Made by a program: the position numbers and the translations under genes | In this document: positions 41,590 to 55,738 of the stretch, piece after piece | Layout: each line of letters opens with the position of its first letter | Numbering within the stretch: position 1 is the stretch's first letter | Notes under the pieces: model-generated | What the model was told of the DNA's origin: nothing | Databases searched by the model: none | What the model saw: the letters and a program-made list of their open reading frames with translations, nothing else | NCBI GenBank assembly: GCA_964016885.1 | Contig: OZ024740.1 | Coordinates: 77,810,001-77,874,000, forward strand | DNA length: 64,000 nucleotides | Direction: 5' to 3' | From: Eledone cirrhosa | Lineage: Eukaryota

Positions 41590-42655
41590 TACAGTTCGGG
41601 TAATGGGCAGGTTTCCATATAAGCTTTCATTTGTAATACGTTGACCCCTACTTTATGTTTCGTACAACCCTAAACATTTAAATGTATACACCAACTAGTT
41701 TTCCTCAAGTGCTTGTGTCAGGGTTCAGGTACCTGATCCATACAACACCGACTCAACAAATGTTCTGAAGAATGATATTTTGATTTTCCTGAGTAAATCT
41801 GACCATCATATCCTTTCCATTTTATTCATTGCAGCCCAGACTTTGGAAATTCTAATGTCAATGTCCTTTTTTGATGAATACATCCAGTTGTCCATATATA
41901 GAAAATCATCAATTCGATTTAGTATTCCGCCATCCAGTGTAATGAGATTTCCATCTTCTTGGTTTAGTGACATGTACTCTGTCTTGGTAACATTTTTGTG
42001 TAGACCAAGAACATTTATAGCAAAAACTATGACATTAGGTATGACATATCCAACTAGCATTGACATAAGCTTTCTTCTATGGATGGAGTCAAAAGGCTTT
42101 TTGAAGTCAATGAAAGTTAGTACAGTTTTCAGGTTCTTTGATCTGACGGCTTCTGGTATCCTTCACAGTGTCAATATTTGTGACACAGTCAATATATATT
42201 GTCTGAAACCATTTTGATTTATTCTGAGTTTCGGGTCTAGATGTGGTCTTATTATGTGGTATATTTTAGCTGTAACTACTGAAAAAGTAATTCCTCTGTA
42301 ATTTGCTGTGTATCTCACGCCATCCTCTTTGATTGAAAAATTGGTTACTGGATCCTTACAAAAATGCAAGGAATTTATAAATATAATGTTTTTCAACACT
42401 GGGACCCTAAATAACACTAGGAGAATAAATGAACTTATAGCACTCTGCGAACTTTACAAGTTTGAAGTTACATGTGTACAAGAATATCATGATTATAAAA
42501 AAAAATAGAAACTTGTGTTTAATGCAGCTGAGAAGGCTCAAACAATTCAACTATTGGAGGAGTCGCATGATTTTAAGCCCCAAAGTACAAGAATCTTTGC
42601 TTTGTAATGAGTCTATAACACCAAGAATAATAGTAGCAACTTTCAATGGAAAAAA
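41590..42655. pseudogene. Decayed RTE/RTE-X-like LINE: RT on minus (41590-42340), APE fragment on plus (42385-42655)
   Basis: Minus: NYRGIT...KIY...LRINQNGFR and SSKKDIDIRISKVWAAMNKMERI; plus: FNTGTLNNTRRINELIAL...VTCVQEY and ITPRIIVATFNG. Confidence 0.7.
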
Positions 42656-45305
42656 AAATTTCACTTTCTTTATTAGTAGCGTTCCTGAATCCATTTGTGT
42701 TTTAATGTTTCGAAGCCTTCACGGCTCGATCTTCACAATTGGAATGGCATACTAGTGACGTACTGATTACATACTTAGCTGGGTCATAAAGTATCATGGG
42801 AGTAGTAGGATATCGAGGGTGCCTGATTTAAAATTCCTCAACGGCTAAAGGTGTCGGTGAATTATCAGGGTCGTTACAACGTCGGATAGAATGATTTGCG
42901 CTATTCGTTCCGGCTCTCTGCGGCCTGAGTTCAAATTCTGCCGAGGTTTACATTGCCTTTCAACTTTTCAGTATAATATAAAAAAGGTACCAGTCCAGTA
43001 TTAAGGTCAATTCTTCTTCTATGTCTCTCTCTCACTTCACTCTGTCTCTCTCCTCCTCTGGAAGAAATCGGCAGTGTTCAGACATGGAGAGGTCTGGGGT
43101 CCGCTGTGTTTAAATGTCCAAGAAACGTTGTATGTCACTACGGCGCCCCTACGACTCCAGCAGAAGCTACAAATACATACATACATACATACATACATAC
43201 ATACATACATACATACATACATACATACATACATACATACATACAACAGCTGAAGCATGGTAATTGTAATTGGTTTCGCGTATGCTATTTTTGAATTGGG
43301 GTTTGTTCTTGTGATGGTTGATGTTGTTATTATTTTTATCACCCTCATCATCTGTTGTTCTTTGTGTTGCTGTTGTTGAAGCTGCTGTTGAGGTTTTTCT
43401 CTTGGGGGGGGGGGGGGCTGTTGTAGTTGATGTCGTTTAGTCCAGATCAACCCCGATAAAACCCAATTATTATTAAAAACATTTCAACCATGATTATTTT
43501 AAATTTGTCTGGGTTTATATCATCCAGGACTTGTATGTCCTTCCCATTTTTTAAATGACGGGGGGAGATAATTGAGGTATATTTGATTATTCCTAACAGG
43601 TTCGGTGACCACATCGATGTTCCTCATATAAAAGTCAGAGCTCCCAACAGACTTCATATTTTCTGACAAGTGACACCAGGTCTGTTTTAGCAATCATCAA
43701 AACTGTTTAGTTGTGATATTAGTAATACACTGTGGTGTTTATTCCAGCTCACGCCTGCCTCCTCCATATGATGTTTATAGAGTTTGAATGACAAGGGCTA
43801 GCAATATCTATTTACAAATATGTATGTGGGTTCCCTCCCTTTAATTTGTCATTTACCATCCTAATAGGTTTGGTTGTTTCTTTTCTACCTCCTGAAAATA
43901 TCTACCGATATCTTGAAATTAAACAAGCCATTTATAAGCCAACATCCTCACAGACCTCTTGCTGGTTGTACAAGTTTTCCTCCATAACATTAAAACCGGA
44001 AAATTAACTTCTCATGCGACGGAGAGCCAATGGGTTTTCAGCTCCTGTTCACAAACTACACTGAAACACAGAAACAATCTTCCTACACATTCATAAAATC
44101 ATAATTTACATGCATTAACTATGAGAATTACAACTTCAATGACAGCGGGTGCCGCTGGCAATTGTCCGCGGGAATGCATTTGCGGACATGTCCGCGGGGC
44201 GCAGCCCCAACATCGCCGCACCCTAGGACTAGATCCCCCCCCCCCCATCTTCTGTGACCCTAGAGCTCTTATCTTCCTCTTCCTTTCCCATTTTCATAAC
44301 CACAAAACACGATAAACTAGCGAAAGATTTGGGAAAATAATTCTAATCTCCTCTTTGATATTGTGGTATCTCCGACTCATTCGTCTTTTCTCCTCTCCAT
44401 GTTATATATACCCCCACCAGGCCCCGCAATATCAATCATGTCCTGCTAAAAACGTCAGCCTCTTGGAGTTCCTTCCCTAATCATATCTTTCTCAGAGGCG
44501 TTGACTTACAACTGTTTAAGTGGATCATGAACAGCATTTATCTCACCGGAAAGCCTGAGAATGTCACGACCACTATCCCTCTTCCAGGCCCATCAAATAA
44601 AAACAAAACACATAACATAGATAAACATCCGTGAGATGCAATAATATAGTTAAATATTAAAATGAGAAACGAGATATATACCACCAGTAAATACAAAAAA
44701 AATAATCCCTAAACATCAGAATAATAGTATTCATAGCTCATACCTGTGTAAGTTTAGCTGGGTTCCTACGTGGTTACATCTCATAGGGGAGCTTCTCGAG
44801 ATTTTAACGATAAGGGTCCCAGTCCTATCATGAAAAGAGACGCGAAATTAATCGTCTTTTTCAAGAACACAACATGCTGTCCAGTCCAGGTATCGAACCC
44901 CCGATCCTATGATTGTAGGTTAAACGCACTAATAGGTCACCTGTCTTCACTCCCAATCAGAAGGGGTGTGGTAACTCTCATAACCATTTTCAATATTTCG
45001 GTGACTGGTTAAAAAAACAACTGAAATAAAAGATCACTGGTGGGTTAGCTGTCCTTAAACCGGAGACCTGGTACGAATACTTACGATATAGTGGACTCCG
45101 CTAAAGAGACCCTAGTGCCAAATGGGTAATAATTTGGGCAAGGAATTAAGTCTACCACATAGTGGCAGCCACACTCTATCAAACGGACTTCCACACAACT
45201 CCACCCATGAGGCTTGCGTCAACAGATTCAAGTGCAAATTCAATTTTTATCCATCAACAATTTCTTCACGAATTATATACATTGATTGACGAATGAGATA
45301 AAGAT

Positions 45306-45820
45306 GTCTTCTTCTTCTTCTTCTTCTTCTTCTTCTTCTTCTTCTTCTTCTTCTTCTTCTTCTTCTTCTTCTTCTTCTTCTTCTTCTTCTCCCACTTATT
45401 CCTAAGAGGGTCGTCGTGGCAGAGTCCTCAAGCACTCCTTCCAGCGGGTCCCGTCAGAATCAACCGTCTCCAACTGATCCGGCTGGATCACCAAATGTGA
45501 CCAGCCAAGCTCATGGATGTTATCCAACCATCTTGCTCGGAGTCTACTCCTGGGTCTCTTACCAGTTGGTTTTGCCCATAAAATCTGTCTAGTGATTCTT
45601 TCCTGAGGCATTTTAACCACATGCCCATAGTATCGGAGCTGTGATCTCTCAATTCGGAGAAGTGGCGGCTCTACCTGGAGCGACTCCCTGATCTCCGAGC
45701 TACGTTACTCCAAATCCCCCTTGGAGAAACCCCATTTCAACCCCTTGTATTCGCGATCATATTCTTTCAGTCATTACCTATGATTCATGACCATAGATAA
45801 GGGTTGACACGAATACCTAA
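45306..45820 (-). mobile_element. RTE-clade LINE 3' fragment with (AAG)n tail
   Basis: ORF 45402-45620 MPQERITRQILWAKPTGKRPRSRLRARWLDNI is a typical RTE C-terminus. Confidence 0.85.
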
Positions 45821-46313
45821 AATGTAATAATCAAAATATATAGCAATAAAAAGGGAGATATAGGTTGAAAAGGTCCATAGAAATATAAAAGGGATTTTTA
45901 TTCTTTTTGATGAACCTTCTCACCTGTCAATTAATATGTAACTCTTCGCCTACTCTGAAATGTATAAAGATAGAATCTGCTATACTGAATATAATTACTA
46001 TTGAACTATCGAAACAGTTTAAGCTCCCAACCTTCCTCTCTATATCAAGTAGCACCAAACTCTCCCCCTCTCTATATCTACTACATGGAACTTTCTTCCA
46101 ATCTCTTCTCTATATCAATTACCACCAACGTCTCCCCCTGTCTATGTCTATCCTCTCCCATCTATCTCTACATAACGTCTACATAAACTGTAGCGCATAC
46201 ACAAATAGATGTGTTTTGGTAGTGTGGGGAGAAATCAATAATTAATGGCAGGCGGGGCATGCCCACCCCTGTCCCCTCCCCCAGTTCCACCGCGCCTGTA
46301 TATATATATATAT

Positions 46314-47758
46314 ACAATAATCTCCCGCTATATCGCGGTTCAATTTTCGCGGTCCTGCTACATCGCGGATTTTTCGTTAGAATATATCTATTTTCTTAGC
46401 ACGGTTCGTAAGTCTTAATAAAAAGTGTTTAATCTACTATATAAATTGGAAGTGGTCGGACGTTGTATATGTAGGTGTAGTTGGATAAATGTCGAAGCGG
46501 CTTGGTGGAATGCAGCGAACATTTACACATTTATGCAGAATGACCCGAGGAGGCGTTGGGTCGACTTTCAAGCTACAAGCTTCTATGGTTACGGAGAAAA
46601 TCGATGAAACAGGAATTTCCCATTCAAATTGAATTGAGAGTAATCTGTGAACGCAGAAGTAAATATTTTGAGAAACGTTGCAGCCGAAAAAAAAAAAAAG
46701 GAAGACGATATTTTGGTTTGTGAAGACGTTCCCTGGCAATGAACGGAAAAAAGCGAGGATTATACGTCGTTATGCGGACCGTGAAGAACAATTTCATGCA
46801 AAGACGAGACCAAGTTTATGGTATAAATGGAGTCGTTAGACTAATATTCTATTTAAAATAACAGAATGGTTTCCAGCTCCGGAGTTTAAGAATGATGTAA
46901 ATAAAATTGAAAACGAAAATGACAGAGGTTATTAAAATAGTAAAAGTAAATAGTGAAGATTTAGGCCAGTACATACGTATGCCCCGACGGACATACACAT
47001 ACATACGCACACACAAATACATACACACACAAACACACACGCGCGCGCGTTTGTATAAACCTTATGCATTTCTACAGTATTTTCACCAAACTTAAGACAT
47101 AGGTTACTTATGAACCGATTTTCACAAAACTTAACACATGGGCTACGTTTGTCCTACAAATGAATGTGAACTCTCAGAATTGGCACATATTGATTAGGGG
47201 ACCCCTGGGGGCAGGAACCCCCTTTGGGAAAAAGCCGATTATTTTGTAAAAGTATAGTTTTTGAAGCAGCACTGAAGTATTGTATACACAACTGCTATTT
47301 AATACCCGAGCAACGCCGGGTACCTCTTCTAGTATTAAATAAGTTTTGATGTGATTGAAGTGTATAGTGTTTTTTATTTTTCATTCCATTACTAATTTAC
47401 TGATTGTGTTTTTCTCTAATCTACTACAAACCCTTCATAGATTGACGGGAGATGTGCAGTGTATAACTAAGCGGCTGATGTGGCTGACGATGGTCGTCAT
47501 TGGTAACTAGTGATACGATGGTTGGTGGTAGTTTCTATACCATCGTTACTGGGTGTTTTTTTTTTGGGGGGGGGGGGGGGGGTTACATACAAAAGCGTGT
47601 TTTAATGAGTTTATATGTACTTAAAGCGTGTAGGAGGGGTATTTCAAGGCTTAAACTATAAAAACAACGGTTGCCTTTATGGTCTCTCTATATCGCGGAT
47701 TGTCATTTATCGCGGCTGGTTCTCTAACGTATCTCCCGCGATAAACGGGGTATTACTC
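46314..47758. mobile_element. Tigger/pogo-like non-autonomous transposon with nested insertions (including a Helitron 3' end at ~47045-47332)
   Basis: TA-CAATAATCTCCCGCTATATCGCGG ... CCGCGATAAACGGGGTATTACTC-TA termini; internal CCCGAGCAACGCCGGG..CTAG. Confidence 0.6.
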
Positions 47759-48228
47759 TATATTCAATGTATTAAGTGTAAATAGTGAGTCTTGTTACTC
47801 TGGAGTTTCACCTGTTTATCACAGGGTTATCATTATATATGTGTGCGTGTGTGTGTGTGAGGCGTGTGTGTATGAGTATGTACATTTTGTAACAAACAGG
47901 TGTTTCAGATGTGCTCGGTAGAAATCAAACTAAAAAGACAACATATTTATGTGTGTGTGTGTGTATCTATGTATGCTCGTGAAGGGGACACAGTATTTTT
48001 ACCTTTGTGTATGTGTGAGTGTGTCTGTGTGTGTGTAAGGAAAAGTAGACGCAAGTATAGCAGAAAGTGTACGTCACACACACACCCCCCACACACACAC
48101 ACTTATAAATATACATATATCTATTAATTTAAACTTTTCTGGGTGTATGTCTGTGTATATGTGACAAGGTGTCTATATGTGTCAATGTGTGTATATGTGT
48201 GAAGATAGCTAGTTAGATACATTTATCT

Positions 48229-48802
48229 AAAAACGAAGGAGAGGCGGTTTTCCTTTGTGTGATAGCTATGGCGAAAGAGGTTGTATGGTGGACAAGGTTG
48301 AAAGGGCTGAGGTCAGACACCTTTCTCTCCGGCCAACAACTGATTATCTTTTTCAAATACCACTTTGGAAGAAGAATCAGGATGGAGAGAGAGGTGCTGT
48401 ACCCCAGCAAGTTTTATGAAAGGTGGGTGAAAGTGGCGAGAATGGCCCGAGTGAATGGGCCTTCTCTCTATATCAGCCTGTAGGTTGATGAAAAAGAGGA
48501 AGAGAGGAAAGGGGTACTCACTCTTCGTACTCCTGGAGATGATGGTTGCACATTTTTTCGGGGGTATGTGTTTCCCATATGAAATGTCTCCCCCTATTGG
48601 GGAAAATCGATTAACTTTTAAATTGTATTCATGATATTTTATACGTTTTTATTGTATGTAAACTTCCCCCTTTGTATTTGTCCCCTTCTTTTGTGCCCCT
48701 GCGGCTAATAAAGAAACCTATCTATGTAAACTCCCCTCTTTGTATTTGTATTTTTCTCCATCTTTTGTGCCCCTGTGGCAAATAAAGACATTTATCTATC
48801 TA
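48229..48802 (+). mobile_element. 5'-truncated Tx1/L1-clade LINE copy with a duplicated 3' end
   Basis: ORF 48259-48483 is nearly identical to the ORF2 C-terminus; two AATAAAGA..TATCTAT ends. Confidence 0.9.
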
Positions 48803-49944
48803 TGTGGGGCTGGGGTGAGTGCGTGCTTCTGTGTTTACCAATAACAAATAACAGACAAATCTGTGTTGTTGAGCGCGTCGTTGTATGTAACACTGTGTGT
48901 GTACATGTTTATGTGTGTGCGTGTGTGCGTGTGCGTGTGTGCGTATGCCTCTGTGTATTACTGAGCGTTAGTGTGTATATGTATATATGTATATGTTTGT
49001 GTGAGCGTGTATGTATGTGCATGTGTTTGAAACCTATATTTATTTCTATTAAGACTGTACACAGTTAAGGAGGTGGCGTGGGGAGGGTGTACCTACATAA
49101 TACAGGTGTAAGGAGATACTGTAGCTCCTTATCTATATCTCCATAAACATGCTGATATTACATGACCGATATTATATATATATACTGGATATCATATGAA
49201 AGGTCACCTTATAAATCAATCAGTCCATCTATCTATTCACATAACTATATACAAACACAAACACACACAGATACACACATACACACATGTATATATATAT
49301 ATATATACGGATGTGTGTGTGTGGGGGGGGGGGTGCATAGACACCTGAACTGTTGACCTTTCAACATGACTGCAATTCACACACACATCCCTACTGACCA
49401 TTATCACAACAATGAACCTCTTTACTACACACACACACACACACACATATTTGTCTTAATAAACTTATTTTTCAGTGACTTCTCAATCAGGCGAAAAAGG
49501 ACACTCTTCGACAAACCTACATTTGGCGCCAAATCAATTTTTAACATTCACGTGACCTCTACCGACCAATCAAAATTGTTTTGACTACAAGAATCTTTGC
49601 AACACGAATTGGCGCGAAATTTATAGTACTCATTCACGTGACATTCAACAACCAACCAAATCTTAATACCGCTGGAGCCACTTTTTCACATAAAACAGGT
49701 AGAATTTCCCAAACTGATCAGATTAGAGCAAACACCCCGAGCGCTCTATCTCAAAATTATTTTTGAAAAGCATTAGAAATGCGCAACCTGTAAAAACTTA
49801 AAACTAAAACTGAATACTAACCAATACTTATTACTAATTTATACTTATTCCTAATTAAACTGTTTTTCACTGGGAAAAATTTGTCAGCATTTTCTTTTCC
49901 TTTTACTAATATATCACAACTCGTGTGTCACACCTCTATTTTTT

Positions 49945-49992
<48 letters not shown>

Positions 49993-50831
49993 CATGTGTG
50001 CGTATGTCGTAAAACGCTTTTGGATTATCTCCCTTTCCCTTCTCCCTCTCACTTTCGGTTGCTCCGTCTCTCTCTCTCTCCTTCTCTCTCTCACCCTCTC
50101 TCTCTCTCCCTCTATCTCTCTCCCTCTCTCTCTCTCACCCTCTCACGTGTGCGTATGTCGTAAAACGCTTTTGGATTATCTCCCTTTCCCTTCTCCCTCT
50201 CACTTTCGGTTGCTCCGTCTCTCTCTCTCTCCTTCTCTCTCTCACCCTCTCTCTCTCTCCCTCTATCTCTCTCCCTCTCTCACCCTCTCACCCTCTCTCT
50301 CTCCCTCTTTCTCTCTCACCCTCTCTCTCTCCCTCTTTCTCTCTCTCCCTCTCCCTCTCTCTATCTCCCCCTCTATCTCCCTCTCTCTATCCCCCCTCTC
50401 TCCGTCTCTCTCTCTCTCTCTACACTCACTCTGCTGAGATCGCACGGAACAACATCGCTCCCAGTTATTTGACTACAAGACTTAAGTCTAATCGGGTCGT
50501 TGTAACATTCTATTTTTCCTCTGTTACTCGCATGTTCCATTGATCCCCCCCCCCCCCTGCTTACTTCGTTTTTTCCTATTTCCTTTTTCTTCTTTCTTCT
50601 TCTCTCTTCAATATTTTTTCTTTTCTTTTCCTCGTGGTCTTTTGATCGATAAAAGGCCTTGGGCGCACTGCTGATCGAGTTCGATGTCCTGTTTTAAGCG
50701 CCGAAACATCTATGATCACAGTTAACAGCTGATGAAGAGTCTCTCCTCTTGTTTACGTCCATATTACTATCTTAAACTTTGTTTACAGTAACCATACAGC
50801 CCGCTATGTTTCTTGTAATTTTATATATATA

Positions 50832-51669
50832 TCTAAAACAGAGAATGTCTGTCTGTCTGTCCCCCCTAAAACTCGAGAACCACCCAACCGATCTTTTTCA
50901 AACTTTACACATGTAATACTTATGGTCGTGTGAGTGTTTTGAGCAAAGAATATTTCAAATTTTCAATCTTCTTGGGCGCATTAGGCGAAAAACCGCATAT
51001 TTTAGGCTTTAAAGGCTTTTTAGACACATAACGAAACAATAATCCAGGCGATTTCTTCAAAATTTGCATTACTTATGTCGTTTAAAATGTTTTGAGCAAA
51101 AAAGATTTTCTCATTTTCGCATTAGGCGAAAACCGATTTTTAAAAGCATTTTGGTTTCGTTAGGGCCTGTAACTCAAGAAGTACCCACTGATTTTTTTTT
51201 TATTTTGCATATGCATTACTTATGTTTCACACATTTTCTTGACTGAAAAAGATTTCAAATTTTTGCTCGGGGACCGCATTGTTTAACATTTCGGTTGCGT
51301 TAGGGCCTGTAACCTTAAAAGTATCCAACTAAATTCCTTCATGCTCTCCACCGCTGCAGTCCCACATGCTTACTGCTCTGTAACTATTGCTTTCATTGTA
51401 CCATAACACAACAAATACATGTTCGGTTTGTCGAATGCCTTTTTACTTAACCCTATCGTCTAGGCTTTCGTGGGTTGAACATTTTACTCTCAGGCACCCA
51501 ATTAAGTTAAACCCCTGGTAATCTATGACGAATCTTTTTTATAAGCATAAAATGTAGACACCATCTCCGGGCCGAGGTATTCCGTACTTCTCTGTACTGT
51601 TTCAGAAAGGAGATATTAACATGCCAATCTATGTTTAGAATCCCGAGCAACGCTGGACCATTCTGCTAG
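50832..51669 (+). mobile_element. Non-autonomous Helitron
   Basis: (TGTC)n near the 5' end, CCGATCTTTTTCAAACTT subterminal motif, and 3' CCCGAGCAACGCTGGA..CTAG|T. Confidence 0.65.
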
Positions 51670-51978
51670 TTATTACTATAAATGAGAATAAGAGTGAGAG
51701 ATAGCTAAATAGATATGTTTCTTTTATTTGCCACCAGGGCATCAAAAGTGGGACACGTACAATGGGGGGAGTTTACAAAACAAGGCGTCCTCAATAAGGA
51801 GGAGGCAATAACAATATATAAAAATAAAATAAAATATAACAAAAATAAAATTTATAACAAAGTCTTCAATAGAGAGGAGGCGCCTTGGGGGGTCGCACAC
51901 TCCCCCGAAAAAAGTGTGCAACCCTTCTCCTCAGGAGCACAGAGAAAGGGTGCTCCCTTGGTCTTTCATCTTCCTCAC

Positions 51979-54900
51979 CTATAGTCTGATGTAGAGTGAA
52001 GGCCCATTCACACGGGCCATTCTCGCCACTTTCACCCATCTTTCATAGAAACGGCTGGGGTGCAGCACCTCTCTCTCCATCCTGATCCTTCTTCCGAAAT
52101 GATATCGGAAGAAACGGACCAGTTGTTGGCCAGAGAGAAAGGTGTCTGACCTCAGTCCTTTCAGACGCGTCCACCATACAACCTCTTTCGCCATGGCTAT
52201 TACGCACAGAAACACCGCCTCTCCTTCGTTTTTGAAGAGGGGAGGCGGCTTGATCGTTACAATAGACTCGGTGGTCAACCGGATCGGTCCCACCCTTGAC
52301 AGCAGTTGTTCGACATAGCCCCACAGATCGGCAATGCCCGAGCAGTGTACCAATGCGTGTGCAACGGTTTCCTCGTCGCACACGCATCTGGGACAGACCT
52401 TTTTCGATGGGTCCCTACCCGGGCGCCCGTGTCTGTAGAGCCTTTCTCGAACGGGCAGAGCCCTTCTGTAGCATTGCCAGGCCAGGGACCTCTGGAAGTT
52501 ATCCATGGGTCCCGGGCTGAATGTCCTACCGAACAGGTTGGCCAGTTCGTCTTCCTCCATGCCTAGGGCTTCTCCGAGGGCGTCGTCGCACCTGCTAACC
52601 ACCAGCTCTCTATAGAATGACGAGGTGGATTCTCCACTGACAGCCGGGTCCGCCTGCCAGAGAGCCGTGAGCGCCTGGGCACACTCGGTGTGCCAGGCGC
52701 CCAGTTTTCTCGGTCTTTGCTTGACCCAGGATTGCAGCTCGGTGAGTGAGACGAGTCTGGGAAAGGCTCGCCTCACAAACGGAGCCCACACTGGTTGACC
52801 GGAGAGGAATACCTGAAGGTGCCGTAGCCTTAATGCGTGTTTACGTATCATCAGCCACGGCATCCCCAGCCCTCCTTTCGAAGGGTGTTGACAGCAGATG
52901 GATCTCCTCACCATAGGAGCCCGCTTCTTCCAAAGGAATTGGAAGAGTGCGCGCTCCATTTTGGCGAGCGTTTCCCTTGGGCAAGGCACCACGATCAGGC
53001 GGTAGTAGATGACGGACGCTATATAAGTGTTCGCCACCTCCGCCTGACCTTTCAGGGACAGTTTGCACTCGGCCCACTTCTGGGTCAGTGCAAACACCCT
53101 GCTCGTCACCTCACCCCAGTTCTTCTCCACCTGGAGGTCTGGTCCGAACCAGACCCCGAGCAATTTCACCGGGCCCTCCGTCCAGCGCCCGACGACGCCA
53201 TCGGAGGGCATCGATCTGCCCCTCCACGTGCCGAGTTGCAGACCGATCGACTTGTCCCGGTTCAGCTTAGCCCCTGTAAACCTTTCGTACTCCTCCAGTA
53301 AGGTGCCGATCGCCCCGATTTCCGAGGCCGTCGACACCATTACTGTTACGTCATCGGCGTAGGCTGACACCGCTTTCCGCAATCCCGGTTCCAACGGGAT
53401 GCCCTGCAACAACTCCAACTTCCGCAGCAGTGGCTCTAGAGTCACTACATACAGAAGGGAGGAGAGAGGGCACCCCTGTCAGATGGACCGCGCGATTTCG
53501 AACGGCTCCGAGAGGTAGCCGTTCACCTTGACCCTAGAGCAGATGCGGCTGCTGTGCATGGCATTGATCCAGCCCCTGAAAACGGGTCCGAAGCCTGCCG
53601 CCGCTAGCACCGCATCCAGGTAACCATGGTCGACCCTATCGAATGCCTTAGATTGATCCAAGTTGATCAGGGTCCCACCAAAGCCGGGTTCGTTCCCAAC
53701 CCTCTCTATGATGTATCGCATGAGGTGGAGGTTATCGTGGATGGACCTGGACGGGATAGCACATGTCTGCGCATCTCCTACCAGGTTGCCCACGACAAGC
53801 GCCAACCTCCTTGCTAGCACCTTGGCCAAAATCTGTAACTCTGTATTTAGCAGAGTTATGGGCCTGAAATTATTTATATCGTCCCCCTTGTTCTCGTCCT
53901 TCCTCACTAGCGTGACTACGCCCTTGGTCACAGCACAGGGAATTCTCCCGTTCTGTCGCCAGTTGCAGTAGACCGCCTCGAGGAGTTCGGGGAACAAGTC
54001 CGGCATAGCTAGATATAGTTCGTATGGAAGACCATCGAGACCCGGGGATTTGCGTTTGCCGCATTGGCTCAGCACGTCCTCTATTTCAGCGGCTGAAATC
54101 GGCTCCTCGCAGGACTTCGCCTCCCTGTCCGAGAGACGCGGCAGGCCGTCGAGGTATGGACCGAAGTCCACGTCCCCAACCGGCCCCCCGCCCCTTCCGA
54201 ACAATTCGGCAAAGTGCTTTTGAAAAGCCTCGCACATCTGCTTAGGTTCAAGGATCACCCGTCCATCCTGGTCTCGCAAAGACCGGATAGTGGATCTGCT
54301 CCCTCTTTTGGCTTCTGTCACGCGGGCCCAGCTAACAGCTTTGGTCCCCTCGTTTCCCAGAGCACGTATTTTGCTTCGGACGATGCAGCCTTCGTGTTTC
54401 GCGTCGAAGAACTGGCCCAGGGCCGTTCTCGACGCTAGCACTCTGGCTACGTCGCCGCTTCTAATTGCCTCTTCTACACTATCTACCAACTTCCTTTCCT
54501 TCCTATTTCTATTGGAGGCTAACTCCTTACTAAATTCTATAGAGACTGCTCTAATCTCTCTTTTGAGAGATCCCCACCACCTGCTGTTGACGATGGCGCC
54601 CGTCAACCGCTCCTTAACTAAAGTGCTAATCCGGTTCCTGTAAGCCTTACTTGCCGGTAAGGACAAGTTGAGCTTCCAGTAACCGGGTCCCTGTCTATGA
54701 GTTCTGTCAAGGTTGACCATGCAGGTCACTAATTTGTGGTCTGAATAGCCAACCATGCGCATTTTTGGACAATTTAAAAAGTCCTTATCCTTAATTCTAA
54801 CTAAGAACCTATCTAGGTACGACCTAGATGTTCCGCTACGATTTGCCCAAGTCCAGGTTGGCGCAGTCGGAAAATCTAGTCGATATCTATCGGCCAGGTC

Positions 54901-55416
54901 AAATCGACCGATTAACCCTTTGAGGCTATTACACCCCTCTCTATCGGGACAGGCCCCTACGTAGTCCCAGCGTGCATCTAGGATACCATTCCAGTCCCCC
55001 ACTAATAGCAAGGAGCGGGACGTCCCTAGAAAAGTCTCCAGACGATGAAAGAAGTCCGGCCGCATTGACCCGAAAGGGCCGTAGGCGGCTACCAACCTAA
55101 ACGCTCCGCCTTTACCACTGCCAAGGTCCAGAACCACTAGTCGACCCTCCGGGTCCAAATGTACCATCTGTGTTGCGAGACCCAGATGTTTTTGCAGCAG
55201 AACAACAACTCCACCCCCACCTCCGGGCTGACAGAGAGATGCGTGCATCTCAAAGTCATCAAAGGTGGGGGCCAGCTGTCGCACGTTGCTGATCCGGGCC
55301 TCGCAAATAACCATCACATCTATACGTTGTGACCTGAGGTCATTTAGAAGCATTGCTTGCTTCCAAGTTGAGCCCAGGCCACGCGCATTTAAACAGCCTA
55401 CTCTTAGCATAGCCAT
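51979..55416 (-). pseudogene. LINE ORF2 (APE endonuclease, reverse transcriptase, C-terminal Cys/His domain) with one in-frame premature stop
   Basis: LNARGL, GDWN, LDR, SDH (APE); PGLDG, FRPITLLN, DQSKAFD, SI*QGCPLS, YADD (RT); CPRC..ETVAHALVHC. The two listed ORFs (53479-55440 and 51979-53445) are in the same frame, separated by TGA at 53479-53481. Confidence 0.93.
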
Positions 55417-55738
55417 GTTGGTGGTGAAGAGAAAAGGCACTTACCTCTCTGCGTCCCGGGTATCGGGCTGCACAATTTCCATTAGGGTGGGGGATGGGTT
55501 GTTGGGTGGGGTGGTGGTTTGTGGAAGTGTAGGGGCATCAGTGTGTTGTGTGGTTGGGGAGCTTGGAGTTGTGTGGGTGTTTGGGGAGGGGGTGGGATAG
55601 TTTTTTAGGAGGACGCGGTTAATGGGCCCAACGCAGGGGGGACCCACGTCCTCTTTAAAATTGTTTTTTAAAGTTTTATAGGTGTCCTGTGGGGCCTTAA
55701 TCATTTTGAGGTGGGGGAAATCCCCTGCCTGGGTGAAG

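Noticed and set aside
50640-50760. GAAAC followed by CTGATGA (possible type II HHR); similar order at 19030-19060 on the minus strand
   Set aside because: Could not build consistent stems I-III by eye.
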